A model generated the notes under the pieces. It was given only the letters and a program-made list of their open reading frames with translations. It did no database searches and had not been told where the DNA came from. The position numbers and the translations under genes are program-made. A DNA stretch of 64,000 bases, taken from positions 39,184,001 to 39,248,000 of the forward strand of contig OX597818.1 of assembly GCA_951406725.2 (NCBI GenBank), written 5' to 3'. The first letter of the stretch is position 1. Each line of letters starts with the position of its first letter. This document shows positions 43,321 to 57,134 of the stretch, one piece after another. The DNA is from Octopus vulgaris. Taxonomy: Eukaryota.

Positions 43321-46300
43321 TATATGCAATCTTCCACACAGTTTCTGCCTACCAAATTCACTCACAAAGCATTGGTCAGGCCAGGGCTATGCATAGTAGA
43401 AAGTTCTTATCTAAGGTGCTACACTGTAGGACTGAACCTGAACCTACATAGCAGCAAAGCAAATTTCTTATCAACACAACCATACCTGTGTTTATAATAT
43501 GAAATATGAACAATAAATAAATAAATAAACAAACAAAATATAAATAAATAAATAAAAACAGAATTTTTTTGAAATACTTTAGATTGAGTTTTCATTCTGC
43601 AATACATTTTTGGTGGGTTTCATTAATAAGTAACTATATAATTTTACTTAAATTACTTCATTATTGAATTCACATTACTGTCGTTATTTTGAGAATATGG
43701 TCTTTACAAAAGAAAGACAAAGAAAAGAAGAAAAGTGAAAAAAAAAAAAAGAAAAAAGGAAGAGAAAAAGAGAAGAAATAGAAAAAAAAAGAAAAGCATC
43801 AATGCAGCACCAAGTGCTTCAGTTGGTTGCACACCACAAGGTTCAACAGAACCTGCTGAAGCAAGCCAGCACACTTGCAGCATTACCATGGGCTATAGTG
43901 AGGATTAGGCATTGGAAAGGCTAAGCACCCTCACAGGCATCACCTGATACCTTGGTGATGTGAGCTGCCAACGATGACAAGAACTCCATGGTCCGTGGCC
44001 CAGTCCCTCCAAACTTCTCAAATGCCACAGTTTGGGAGAGATATTTCACTGCAAGGACCCTGAATTATTTGATTGGTTAGTTTGCATTGATATCAAATTG
44101 CTTACTCCTTCCTTTACTTTAGGTAGACCCCTGACCCCAATAAGCTACATATAGTGTTTTCAATATGATGATTAAAAGAAATAGCAATTCAGATTTCTGA
44201 AAGGAAGATTTGTGTTTGATATTAAAACACAGATCAGAATTTTGTGAAATTTCTCATTTAAAGTGAGCATTCTCAACTAAAATTTGAGATTTCTTTTATT
44301 CTGAAAGGCAGAAGTTAATAACATTCATGAGACGTGCTCCTCACAGTTTGATAATTCAAATCATATACCTTTTTCTTTTGTTCTTGCTCTATCTAAAGAC
44401 TATTCTTAATAAGTTCTGAACAAAGTATAAAGTAAAGGAGACTAAATTAGCTGAGTATTATTCCTTGTACATTAAAGCCAGAGTTTTAATCTGAAATTAT
44501 GAATTAGAAGAGATATTTTAATAGAAGCACAAGCACAAAGCAATGTCAGACAAAACATATATGAAAAATAATTAAAGATTCTCTTTGCTAACTATTCTAA
44601 TAAAATGGTATAATGAATTTCTGTTCTTATTATTCAGTGCTGGATTTTACAAGTACCTTTGGATCAAAATATAAAAATAAAATGAGTTAAAGGAAAAGGA
44701 AAAACTAACATACTTATTTCATATTTAATTTTGTAACTCTCATTTCAGTTCCAAGTGATTGCCAGTGATCAACGATTTCCAGTCAAAACTGGTACAGCCA
44801 CTGTTACAATTAGAGTCTTACGAGATCAGAATCTTCCACAGTTTTTGGGCCCTTTCACATGGCAAATTTCTGAAATGCAACCCAAGAATGATCGCTTTGG
44901 TATAATACGAGCTACAGACCAAGACAACGAAGTAATTACAAATCACATACCCATCTAATCCTCTAGTGGCCTAGTGGTTAGGGTGTTGTACTCATGATCA
45001 CAAGATCGTGACTTCAATTCCTGGACCAGGCAGTGCATTGTGTTCTCGAGCTAAACACTTCATTTCACCTTTTGCCTTAGTCTACTCAGCTGTAGATGAG
45101 TGACCCTGAGATAGACTGACATCCTATTCAAGGGGAAAGTTGTAATTTCAGTCACTTACATGCCTTAAAAATTAGGTGATCAGCCCTATGAGTTCTAAGG
45201 CATGAAACTGTGATGTCCAGTCATCTTCTAAATAGAAAAATGTTTTGTTTCTTTTTAACTTCAAAAATAATTTTTAGTGTCTGCTACTATCCTTTCTCTA
45301 GCAATAGTTACATAGCTACAAGTTAAAATACTAATAATATTTAGGGAAAGATAAAACTTATTAGCTGATAAAATTTGTTGGAAGTGGCTACTGCTACCAT
45401 TTTTTGCAATAATACTATTTATTGCAATAATACTAATATATTATTCAGCTGTGTCTTAATAAACCATAAATATTTAAGCCCAAGTCCTTTTCAAGTTATT
45501 GCCAAAATAGCTTTACCAAAAGGTCAGTGCTGAAATCGTTATAACTAACCATTCCATTCCAACAATACACCATTGAAATGGCATGATGCATGCTTTCAAC
45601 CAAGCTAATTGCATCTCTTAGCTTAAAAAGTATTTAAAAATAAAAATCTCAATTTTTATATTAAATAAAACCTATGTGGCAGGAAAGCTTTTTCCACATT
45701 TTTTTTTTAATGCTTAGCTCTTAAAGAAAATAATGTTAAATCTTAGAATGAAGAATAAAACTGAATGTAACATTTCAGAAGACTAATATTTTGCTATTTC
45801 TTTTTGCAGGGGAGCATAAAATTACGTCTCCTCCCTAGTGGAGTGACAACTTACTATTTTAATTTTAATGAACAAACTGGAGAAGTGACTGTCAAAGAAA
45901 ACCTTAGAACTGATGAAAACACAAAATCCTATGATGTAAGAATTTTATAATTGTAAAGACAGAATTTGATTAATCGTTTGCTGCAATAAATAGTATTTTG
46001 ATTTGCTTATTTTTGACCAAATTTAAGCCATTTCTTTTTTTTTTTTTTTCCATCTCCTTTCATTTGGTAATTCATCATATTAAATACATTATATCTATTT
46101 TCACAAGTTCACCATCGTCATTATTTTATGTTTGCCTTCTATACACCTCTTGGACAGTGCCATTTCTTATTGAAAGATAGTTCCTAAAGACTGCTGCTCA
46201 TACATATCATTTGGCTAGGTTTCTATGGTTGGACACCCTTCTTAACAACAACTGTTTTACAGGATGTGCTGGGTGCATATTTTTATATCATAGACACTAG

Positions 46301-49300
46301 AGGGATTGAATTGACTTTGGTTATGAGCCTTCAGCCATCTGAGTTTGACCAATTGCCTATATTACTAAGTGCTTTATAGGAGGTGTGAAATCAATGGTCA
46401 CTCTATAACAGGCCCTAACCTTTAATTTCCTAATATATATATATATATGTTACATTTCTAAATACTACTCTATATTTTGCCATTAGTGGATGAGTTTTCT
46501 GCAGCACTGTGTCTGTGTACTGCCAATCAGTACAGTACTTTGTCATCGCTTTTGTGAAAGGTAGCATTTTCAGGTCACCCTTCAGCACTTCATACCAAGT
46601 CTTCTTTGACTCCCTCTTCTGCAGGTTCCCCTAACTTTAAATCTCTATGTGGCATTCATTCTCTATATCAGGAGTTCTCAGCCAAGGTCCATATGATCCT
46701 TGGGGGGTCCATACAAGATTATTTTGTTAAAATTTATGTGCAATAAATTGCTAATACTTCTATAGTAAACAAAATATTTTAACAAGTTTTTTAATGCAAT
46801 TCCTAATAATATTTAATCATAAAAATATAAAAGGATTTTTTAAAGATCAAATGGACATAGGGTCTGCCTGAATAAAATAAGTATCAACGGGATCCATAGG
46901 TAAAAAATGGTTGATAAACCACTGCTCTTCATGCATCATATACCCATACCAGTACAGTTACTTATCGCCCATGTCACTGAATATTTTTGAAGTGTGGAAT
47001 ATTTGAAATATGCTTACAATAATTATGTTCTTTTGGTTGCTCTCACAGAAATTTAGTTTTAATATTCCTAATTCTATAAAAAATGTATTTATAAATAAAA
47101 AGATCTCTTATACATATTTTTCAGCTCAACGTTGAAGCTTACAATACATTGTATCCACAAAACACAGTCCAGGGCAAATATGTCATAAATGTGATAAGGA
47201 ATGCCAATCCACCAGTATTTTCAACAAGTGACTATCGAGTAACAATTCCAGACACAAAACCTCTTGGAGATGTTATCCTTACCATTAAAGCAACAGATCA
47301 AGATATGGTAATGAACATAGATTATATTTGATTTCTGATGTTTTTATAATATTATTTGTTCAATAATCTATTTTACATCCATACTTCTATGCTGGTATAG
47401 GTTGAATAGGTATCATTTAAGTAGTATCTTTAATGCTACATGTAAAGATACTATGTTGGCAATTGAATGCACATCCAGTTGCCAACAGTTTCTTGTTTTA
47501 CAAATAAGTGAATTTTAATTCCATTGCTTCAGAGGCATAAATTTATGGTACATAATGTTCACCAGGAATATAGAGAGGAAAATACCATTTTTTGTCATTT
47601 CTACTCAGAAAATCTTGTGCATTGAAGCAGAAAGGACAAACACACTCACACACACAGACACACACACACACATTGCAATAAATTGAGAAGCAGTGATGAG
47701 TGACAATTCTGTAAATAACAATATTTATAAGCTTAAAGCTTATAATTGATCACCATGCGTTGACTAAAGAAAATAGTCTAGCGTTGGGGTATATAAATAA
47801 GCCCTCAATGGAAAAAAGTTGGTCCCATGCATATATATATGGAAAACCCACTGTTTTCTGTTGACAGCTTATGTGCCCCAATACTAACCTATTTTCTTTA
47901 GTCAATACAGCTTATAAATATTATTATTATTTACAGAATATATATATTATATTGTATCATATGTATATATATGTATATATATATATATATATATATACAC
48001 ACAAATATATGTGCATACATGCATACATATGTACATACATGCATACATACATACATACATACATACATACATACATACATACATACATACATAAATAAAA
48101 CTAGCAATTTTATAATAACTCCTGAGTGTTGTAACACACTTTACAGTACCAGTTTCTTTCCTCATACCTCTGAACTTTGGAATTCCTTTCCACAGTCTTG
48201 TTTTCCTCTTCAGCATAACCTCCAGTCTTTTAAGTCTAATGTATATCGTCAGCTATTGACTTCTGTCTAGAGTTCATTTTATTCTAGTAGCTCAGTGGTC
48301 TAAGGACCTTGTAATGAGCGAATGCTTTAAAAAAAAAACAACAAAAAAACTCCATTGTATTACACATTTCCTGACCACCTATTCATTCTGTGTAGATTAA
48401 TAATTTTCTCCAAGTTTGATTGATACTTGCTTGCATTTCAGAAATTGGTGAAGATTAAAATACTAGAGATTCATTGAAAATATTTATTTCCTCTTTTGAA
48501 ATTTTTACCCACCTATAGTCAGCTGTTATATTTTCATACATATTGAGCTTTTATTTTTAGCAGAGAGTTTCAGTAGATTTATCAACTCAGTTATTCCTCT
48601 GCAGATCAAATGTGAGCTGTTCTTGTAGGTCAATAACCTGCCTGGAAATGAAAACTCTGGTCACCTGTAATTAGGGGAAAGTGAAGTTCTTAATCAGATA
48701 CTTCAGTGCCTTGGCACCTCTAGATAAAATATAAGGGATATGAGAAAATTTTTTTGATTGCTTTTCTTTTAAAAATTGATATTTTATTCATTCTTTTTTT
48801 CATTACATGCAGGACACCATTGTGTATTCAGCAACTGGAGCTTCAAACACTCTTCAGTACTTTTATCTAATGCAAGACAGTGGTGAAATTTTGGTTAAAA
48901 ATTCACTGACTTCTGATTCTCTAAGCCCAACTTCGTATAGGGTAAGTAGATGGCATCTTTTATCTTTGCTTCTTTTGCTTGCTTCACTCAACAGTTTGCG
49001 GCCATGTTGGGGCACTGCCTTGAAGTGTTTAATCAAACAATGCAACCCCAGTGCTTATTTTTTAAGTCTGGCACTTATTCTCTGGGTTTCTTTTGATGAA
49101 CACACTAAGTCATGGGATGTAAACAAACCAACACCGGTTGTCATGTAGAGGAGTGAGGAGACAAACACAAAAATACATGCACACACATACATGCACACAC
49201 ACATACACACATGTGCACACACACATGCACACACACATACACACATGTGCACACACACACATGGACATACACATATGCACATACATGCATACACATGCAT

Positions 49301-52300
49301 GTGCACACATATATGTGCATGACTGGATGCACTCAGAACATGGCAATTACTTCATTCAAATTTCAGCTCTTATTGTAAATCACATGATACTTCCACTGTT
49401 GTGTTATCACACAGGATCCTGTGCAATCTGAAGTGGGTTATAACATGATATAGAGAATTATATATATATATATAAATACATATATATATATATATATATA
49501 TATATCATCATCATCGTTTAACGTCCATTTTCTATGCTGGCATGGGTTGGACGGCTTGACTGAAGTCTGGAAAGCCAGGAGCTGCACCAGGCTCCAATCT
49601 GATATGGCAATGTTTTTACAGCTGGATGCTCTTCTTAACGCCAACCACTCCGAGAGTGTAGTGTGCCACCAGCATGGAGGCCAGTCAGGCAGTCCTGGCA
49701 TCGATCATATTTGGATATGATTTATGTGCCACTGGCATGGGAGCCAGTCAGAGGGTACTATCCACACACACACATACATATATATATATACATACATATA
49801 TACATACACCGGCCTGTGCCGATGGCACGTAAAAAGCACCCACTACACTTACAGAGTGGTTGGCATTAAGAAGGGCATCCAGCTGTAGAAACACTGCCAG
49901 ATCAGATTGGGCCTGGTGCAGCCTTCTGGCTTCCCAGACCCCAGTTGAACCGTCCAACTCATGCTAGCATGGAAAGCAGACATTAAAGGATGATGATATT
50001 AGGTTTCCACACAGTTTGTCTACCAAATTCACTCACAAGGCACTAGTGAGCCCTAGATCTATAGTAGAAGACAATAAATTATAAATAAGTTAAGAGGCAA
50101 TTTTTTTTAATATCATATGCAAGACAGTCATAACTATTTGAAATTTGGCTCTCAGTTGGAAAAAGAACACAAAAACCTAGCATCACTGATCAAATAAAAG
50201 GGGAAATAATTTTAACAAGTTAGTATTAATCTCTCGAAAGTTAATTTACATACTTAGGAGAATAAAAGCCTTTTTCTCTACATGCAGGCAAAGGACAGCT
50301 ATGGACATAATTCTGTCTGTTAGACCACATCAGTATAACATAGTCTACTCAACCATTCTTGAACAATTGAAAAGATTTTACGGACAGAAATGACTTTTGG
50401 TCATTATAATTCATCATCATCATCATCATTGTTTAACGTCCGTTTTCCGCGCTAGCACGGGTTGGACGGTTTGACCAGGGTCTGGGAAGCCAGGAGGCTG
50501 CACCAAGCTCTAGTCTGATCTGGCAGTGTTTCTACAGCTGGATGCCCTTCCTAATGCCAACCACTCGGCGAGTGTAGTGGATGCTTTTTACATGCCAGGG
50601 GAGTCTGGCAGCGGCCACGATTGGTTGGTGCTTTTAACGTGCCAATGGCATCGGCCACGTTCGGATGGTGCTTTTTATGTGCCCCCGGCACAGGTATCAC
50701 AACTACTATTTCCATTGATATTTATTTCGATGTTCATGTACTTGACTCAATAGGTCTCCTCAAGCACAGCGGGATGTTCTGAAATCCAAGGTACTTTGAA
50801 TGGGCAGGGGCTATGCGGAACTGGTGCAGGAAGCAGCCCGGGTCTTTGCATAATCAAAATTCAGAGCATCATCATCATTTTACTTCCGTTCTCCATACTG
50901 GCATGAATTGGACAGCTGGACAGGATCTAACATATTGGAGGACTGCATTACATTTCGCTGTCTGTTTTGGCATGGTTTCAGTGACTAAATGCCATTCCTA
51001 GCATCAACCACTTTGCAGACAGTACTGGATGCTTATTTTTGAGTCATCAGCACTAATGAGATTGCCTTGCAACTTGCAAGATTAAAAGACATAAAGCGGT
51101 TCTTATAAGTGAAGGAGAATAGGGCAGAGTGCATTGATGTTAGGCAAAGTGATGGGGTGGGGTGAAGTATGATGAGAGAAGAAGATTTATAGTAAGGAGG
51201 TAGTGGAGAAAGTAACATAGTAAGTCACCATTAGGGGAGAGACTATGGAAGAAACAAGAGGGAAAAAAAGAGATTAGTGTTAGAGCTTAGTGAAAAGGAT
51301 AAAAACAGAGTGATAAGCAGGATGAAGGGAGTTGTGTAGAGGGGTAACTTATTTGTCCAAACTCATGCCCATTTTATTTTATTTTATTTATTTTATTTAT
51401 TTCATTTTATGTTTAAATTGCAAAATTGTGATATCCTCATTTTTAATTTTTCTTCTTATCTTTTCTTCAAGATGACCGTCACTGCTCGCGACCAACGTGC
51501 ATCAGAAAATACTGCAACTGCAACTGTCATTATAACTGTTACTCGAAGCCAACCCCGAATACAGTTTCAAAATCTTCCAAGTACATTAACTTTTAATGAT
51601 ACTAAATCTCCGGGTGACATATATATTGTAAGAACATCTTGGGTACAAGTTGGATCTAATGTGGTGAGCATCTGGAAAATTATATTTAAATTTTGTTTTT
51701 GTCTTTACTACTACAAACATGTATGGAAGAAATAATTACATTTTTTTGATATTTTGAATGAAAATTTCAAAATTTAAGACTAATGAGATAGTTTTAGAAT
51801 ATTTCCTCTTAAAATGTAAAATAAAAAAAGAATATAATTCTTGTGGTTAGACTAGTGATCGAGACCTTTGGATATATGCTGTGCTTGAGAAGACTCGGCA
51901 AGCCAAATGAGACCATAACCTCATGGCCTATGCCAGTGGTGTAACCAGCCCACTTATGCGTACCTTTTCTTTCCTTGGACACTAAACTCTGCTTGTGATG
52001 ACCTGTTGAGGCAAGTGAAATCAAAATCAAAATCAAATTCGATGACTGGCATCCATGCTAGTGGGGTGCAAAGAGCACCATACGAATGTGATTGTTGACA
52101 GAGCGGCTAACCGGCTTCCATGCCAGTGGCACATTAAAGGCACCACTCAATGCCTTACTGGCACTTGAGCCCCATGCTAGTAGGGTACTAAGAGCACCAT
52201 CAAAGCGTGATCGTTGCCAGAGCAGCTAACTAGCCTCTATGTCGGTGGCATGTAAGAGGCACCATTCAAGTGTGATTGTTACCAGCATCGCCTTACTGTC

Positions 52301-55300
52301 ACCTGTGCTGGTGGCATGTGTAAAAAGATTCAAGCAAGGTCATTGCCAGCACTGCCTGGCTGCTGGTGGCATGTAAAAGCACCCACTACACTCTCGGAGT
52401 GGTTGGCGTTAGGAAGGGCATCCAGCTGTAGAAACTCTGCCAGATTGAGATTGAAGCCTGGTGCAGCCATCTGGTTTGCCAGCCCTCAGTCAAATCGTCC
52501 AACCCATGCTAGCATGGAAAGCGGACGTTAAACGATGATGATGATGATGATGATGATGAATATATATTATGCTGGACAGACCAGAATTTCACATCATTCA
52601 TGCTATAAACAGTTTTGATCTAGATTTTAATTTAAATATTACCCCTTTGGTACAGTTAGTCCTGGGCAGGGTAGTGCTAAAGCAGCTACTTATTACAAAT
52701 GAATAGGTTAACAATAAAATTACCTTCAATCTTTCCTAAACATATATAGAAAAATTTATTTTAACCTATACATCATCATCATCGCTTAACGTCCGTTTTC
52801 CATGCTAGCACGGGTTGGACGGTTCGACCAGGGTCTGGGAAGCCAGGAGGCTGCACCAGGCTCCAGTCTGATCTGGCAGTGTTTCTACAGCTGGATGCCC
52901 TTCCTAACGCCAACTACTCCGTGAGTGTAGTGGGTGCTTTTTACGTGCCACCAGCACAGGGGTCAGAGGAGGCTTGCAAACAGCCATGATCAGTTGGTGC
53001 TTTTACGTGTCACCGACATAGATGCCAGTCAAGCAGTGCTGGCATCTGCTCCGTTCAGACAGTGCTTTTTACGTGTCACCAGCATGGGTCTCTTAATTAC
53101 AATTTCCATTTGATTTTCATTTTGATGTTGGTGTTGACGTACTTGACTCAATAGGTCTCCTCAAGAACAGTGGGTCACTCTATGATCCAAGGCTAGCACA
53201 GCAGGCCATGCTGTGAGCCATGAACTCACTTCATTTGTCGGGTCTTCAATCATGTTATGTGAATGATTTAAGTCCTTCATATTTCTCATGCTCTTTAACA
53301 TAAAACATAGTTTATTCTTAAAACTACAGAATAATTTTTACTTAATAAGTAATGTTGTGTCATCAGAAATATTTTTGCATTCACTAAATTTAACCTTTCC
53401 CTCTGTATTTTTGTATTATTTTATCTTTTTGCAGGGTAAATCCATACACTATAAACTAACTGGAAAATATCCAGCTTTGTCATTCTTTCAAATAGACAAA
53501 TTGACAGGCGTAGTTTCACTTACTGATACCTTGAAGAAACCAAATATGTTTCTAACTACATTTACCGTAAGTTGTTTTTGTTTAACACACACACAAAACA
53601 AAATATTACTATTCTTTATATTTATTTGTTTTATATAGCTATTTGATAACCATCCAAATATCCAGGTATGGAAAAATAGCTGTTAAAATTTGCATAAAAG
53701 AAGGCATGTGTGTATATGTATATGTGTGTGTGCATGTATGCATTATGTGCATATGTGTACTTGTGTGTGTATATATATATATAAGATAAGAAAATAGAAA
53801 ACGGAGAAGTACTGATGAACAACAATTGACTTACATCAATTATTATTAATTAATTCAAGGCAAATAGACTGCCTCCCATCTAACAGCTGTTTCTGCTTCC
53901 AGTGTTGCCATTGATATGCACAAATATGTAAAATATTAATCATATTTCGTAATAAAACCGATCTGAAACAAGGAGCTTCATCAAAGTGAAAAATAAATAA
54001 AGAGGAAGAGCGTAGAGAGAAAAAAAGGGAAAAGTTGAATATGGTTACAATCATACCATTTTGCTTGTGTCTCTTTGGGCCATTAAGTAAAAGACTAAAC
54101 CAAAATAGCAATTGGTGGGTTAATCCTTTGTACAGGGGTGGGGGGATAGGATGGATAAATAAAAAAAAATTAAAAAAAATATAGTGGGATACAGCAATAG
54201 GTTTTAGTCAGGGAAGGGGTTTTGATACAGTAAGGTTTTATATTAATCATAATAATTTATAATAGTTGTTTGTAGCACTAATTAATAGTATTACTCATAA
54301 TAAAGTGCTAATAGGTTAAATGCAATTTGATTTGCAAGTAGGTGGTTAAGCCTTTCCACCTGTTGTCCGAAGTGAGATAGGCCAAGGTCCAGCGTTTGAT
54401 GTAAATGGTCAGTTGAAATTTAAAAACTAAAGACCAGCTATTGAGACCGTTATACAAGGTAAGATAAATAAATAAATGAATAGGAAGATGGTGTGTTTTG
54501 TAAGGGGCCCTAAAACGCTTCGGATATTAAACATTAGATTTTAAAAAATAATATTATGGGATCTTTTTGGTTTGAACGGCAGGTTTTTAACATAATTTCT
54601 AGGTAACTAAAAAATTTTAAACTTCGTATACTGGTAGAATGTGTTTATAAAACATCTTTTTCTCTTGGCTTTATTGAGAAAATTCTATAGTTTGTAAGAT
54701 ATTTGTTGGTTTTTTTCTTCAATTTCTGCAATTTCAACCAATCAATGGCATCTATTGAGGTAAAAAAAACATTCTGTGCCATCTGAATATGTCCCTCATT
54801 TAAGAAACTGATTGGGTTTATTTACATTTGTGAAGAAAAAAAGATACCCTTCCCCCCCACCCCTAACCCTAATCCTAAAAGAGATTGAAATGCAATAGAT
54901 CGATTCTAGGGTCATAATTATGGGTGACAATTTCATATGACACCACTAGAAAAAAACTGCCATTCAAACCAAAAAGATCCATATTATGGAATAAATATTA
55001 AGAGATGAACAAGCAAAATGGTATGATTACAACCATACTCAACCTTTCCCTTTTTCCTCTCTATACTCTTCTTCTTTATTTATTCTTCACTCTGATGAAG
55101 CTCCTTGTTTCAGATCAGTTTTATTACAAAATATGATTAATATTTTATGTATTTGTGCATATCAATGGCAATACCATACAGAAACAGCTGTTAGATGGGA
55201 TGCAGTCTATTTGTATTGAATAAATGAATGATAATTGATGTAAGTCAATTGTTGTTCATCAGTACTTCTCCATTTTGTGTTTTCTTTAAATTTTGATTCG

Positions 55301-55461
55301 TGATAAGCCCATGTTTATCCTTGTCTTTACCTATAACTTATGAACATAATTTGTTTGCATATGTATGCCCATGGTTAAATATAGGTAATATACTGGTAGT
55401 GTAATGGATACTTCTATCCCTTAGACGTTTATTTTAACCTCTAACTCAGCTAAACTTACAA

Positions 55462-55507
<46 letters not shown>

Positions 55508-55853
55508 TATATATATATTAGACGCCATGATAGATCATTAGCTACTACACACATTTTTTTCTCTCCTTGTTTTTTTCTGTGTATCTTTTTGTAGAAGAGC
55601 GTAGGCTCGAAATGTAAAAGACTTCTTCTATTCCTGAGTGCTATACTAATACATCTGTTTGTTTGTACACTACCTGCCTTCGTCTTATGTTTATTTTCAT
55701 AAACTTTCCCTTTATACTGTTGTGTCTGGGGAGAGTCATTCTCTTTTAGTGCCTTATTATTTAACACACTCACCAGTAAAATTTCCACTTATTTCATCTT
55801 TTTATTTTCCTAAAATTTTCATTGCATCTTGCAACTTTTTCAATAGTCTTTCC

Positions 55854-55904
<51 letters not shown>

Positions 55905-56099
55905 TATACATATATCTTTGTATGTGTGTTGTTGTCGTCATTATTTGTATAGCATTATAGTCTCATAACAGCCAATTAATGTCACTGAACAGTTTCATGC
56001 CACTGTGTGGCACCTTGGGCAAGTGTCTTCTACTATAGCCTCGGGCCGACCAAAGCCTTGTGAGTGGATTTGGTAGATGGAAACTGGAAGAAGCCCATC

Positions 56100-56167
<68 letters not shown>

Positions 56168-57089
56168 GTATGTGTGTGTATGTTTGTGTGTCTGTGTTTG
56201 TCCTCCCAGCATCGCTTGACAACCGATGCTGGTGTGTTTACGTCCCCGTAACATAGCGGTTCGGCAAAAGAGACCGATAGAATAAGTACTAGGCTTACAA
56301 AGAATAAAAGACTATAAAGGCGGTGCTCCAGCATGGCCACAGTCAAATGACTGAAACAAGTAAAAGAAAAGAAAAGAAAAGAAAGAAAGTGTTTCAGAGG
56401 GAAAATTACCAACCATTGGATGTGGCTGAATAGAAAAGTATGGCTTGGGCTCTTCGCTATTTGAGGTTTGAAAACAACAGATTTGGTTTATGGATCTCAG
56501 AGTTGCTGTAAAATATCGGGATTAAATTCACAGTTGATAGAATACACCTATAGAAAACATATTGCAAGAATAAAAAAGTATAAAGCTGGCTTTTAAGCCT
56601 GTTAGAGTTACGTTTCTTGGATTGGCCTCTTTTAGCTCGTGAAACTTTAAAAAATTTTATATCTGAGGAAATGCAAATCACTTTCTCTCTTGTGGTGAAA
56701 ATTAGGATATCAATTTCAATTGACTTATTATCAAATTTAAATGTTAATCAACTGAACTGTTAGTCTTTGTTAAATTGTTTCTTGCAATGACCAGCCTTTT
56801 TAAAAATATCTTTTATTTCTTGAACTGCTTCGGTGAATTAAAAATCTCAGTCAAACTTGATTTATAAAAATCAATATGATATATATTAAAAGGAATTATT
56901 AATATAACAAAAGAAAAACAATCAGGCGCAGGAGTTGCTGTGTGGTAAGTAGCTTGCTAACTAACCACATGGTTCTGGGTTCAGTCCCACTGCATGGCAT
57001 CTTGGGCAAGTGTCTTCTGCTATAGCCCCAGGCCGACCAATGCCTTGTGAGTGGATTTGGTAGACGGAAACTGAAAGAAGCCTGTCGTA

Positions 57090-57134
<45 letters not shown>

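Noticed and set aside
54861-54878. Interstitial telomere
   Set aside because: Only two to three units, lying inside a TIR element.
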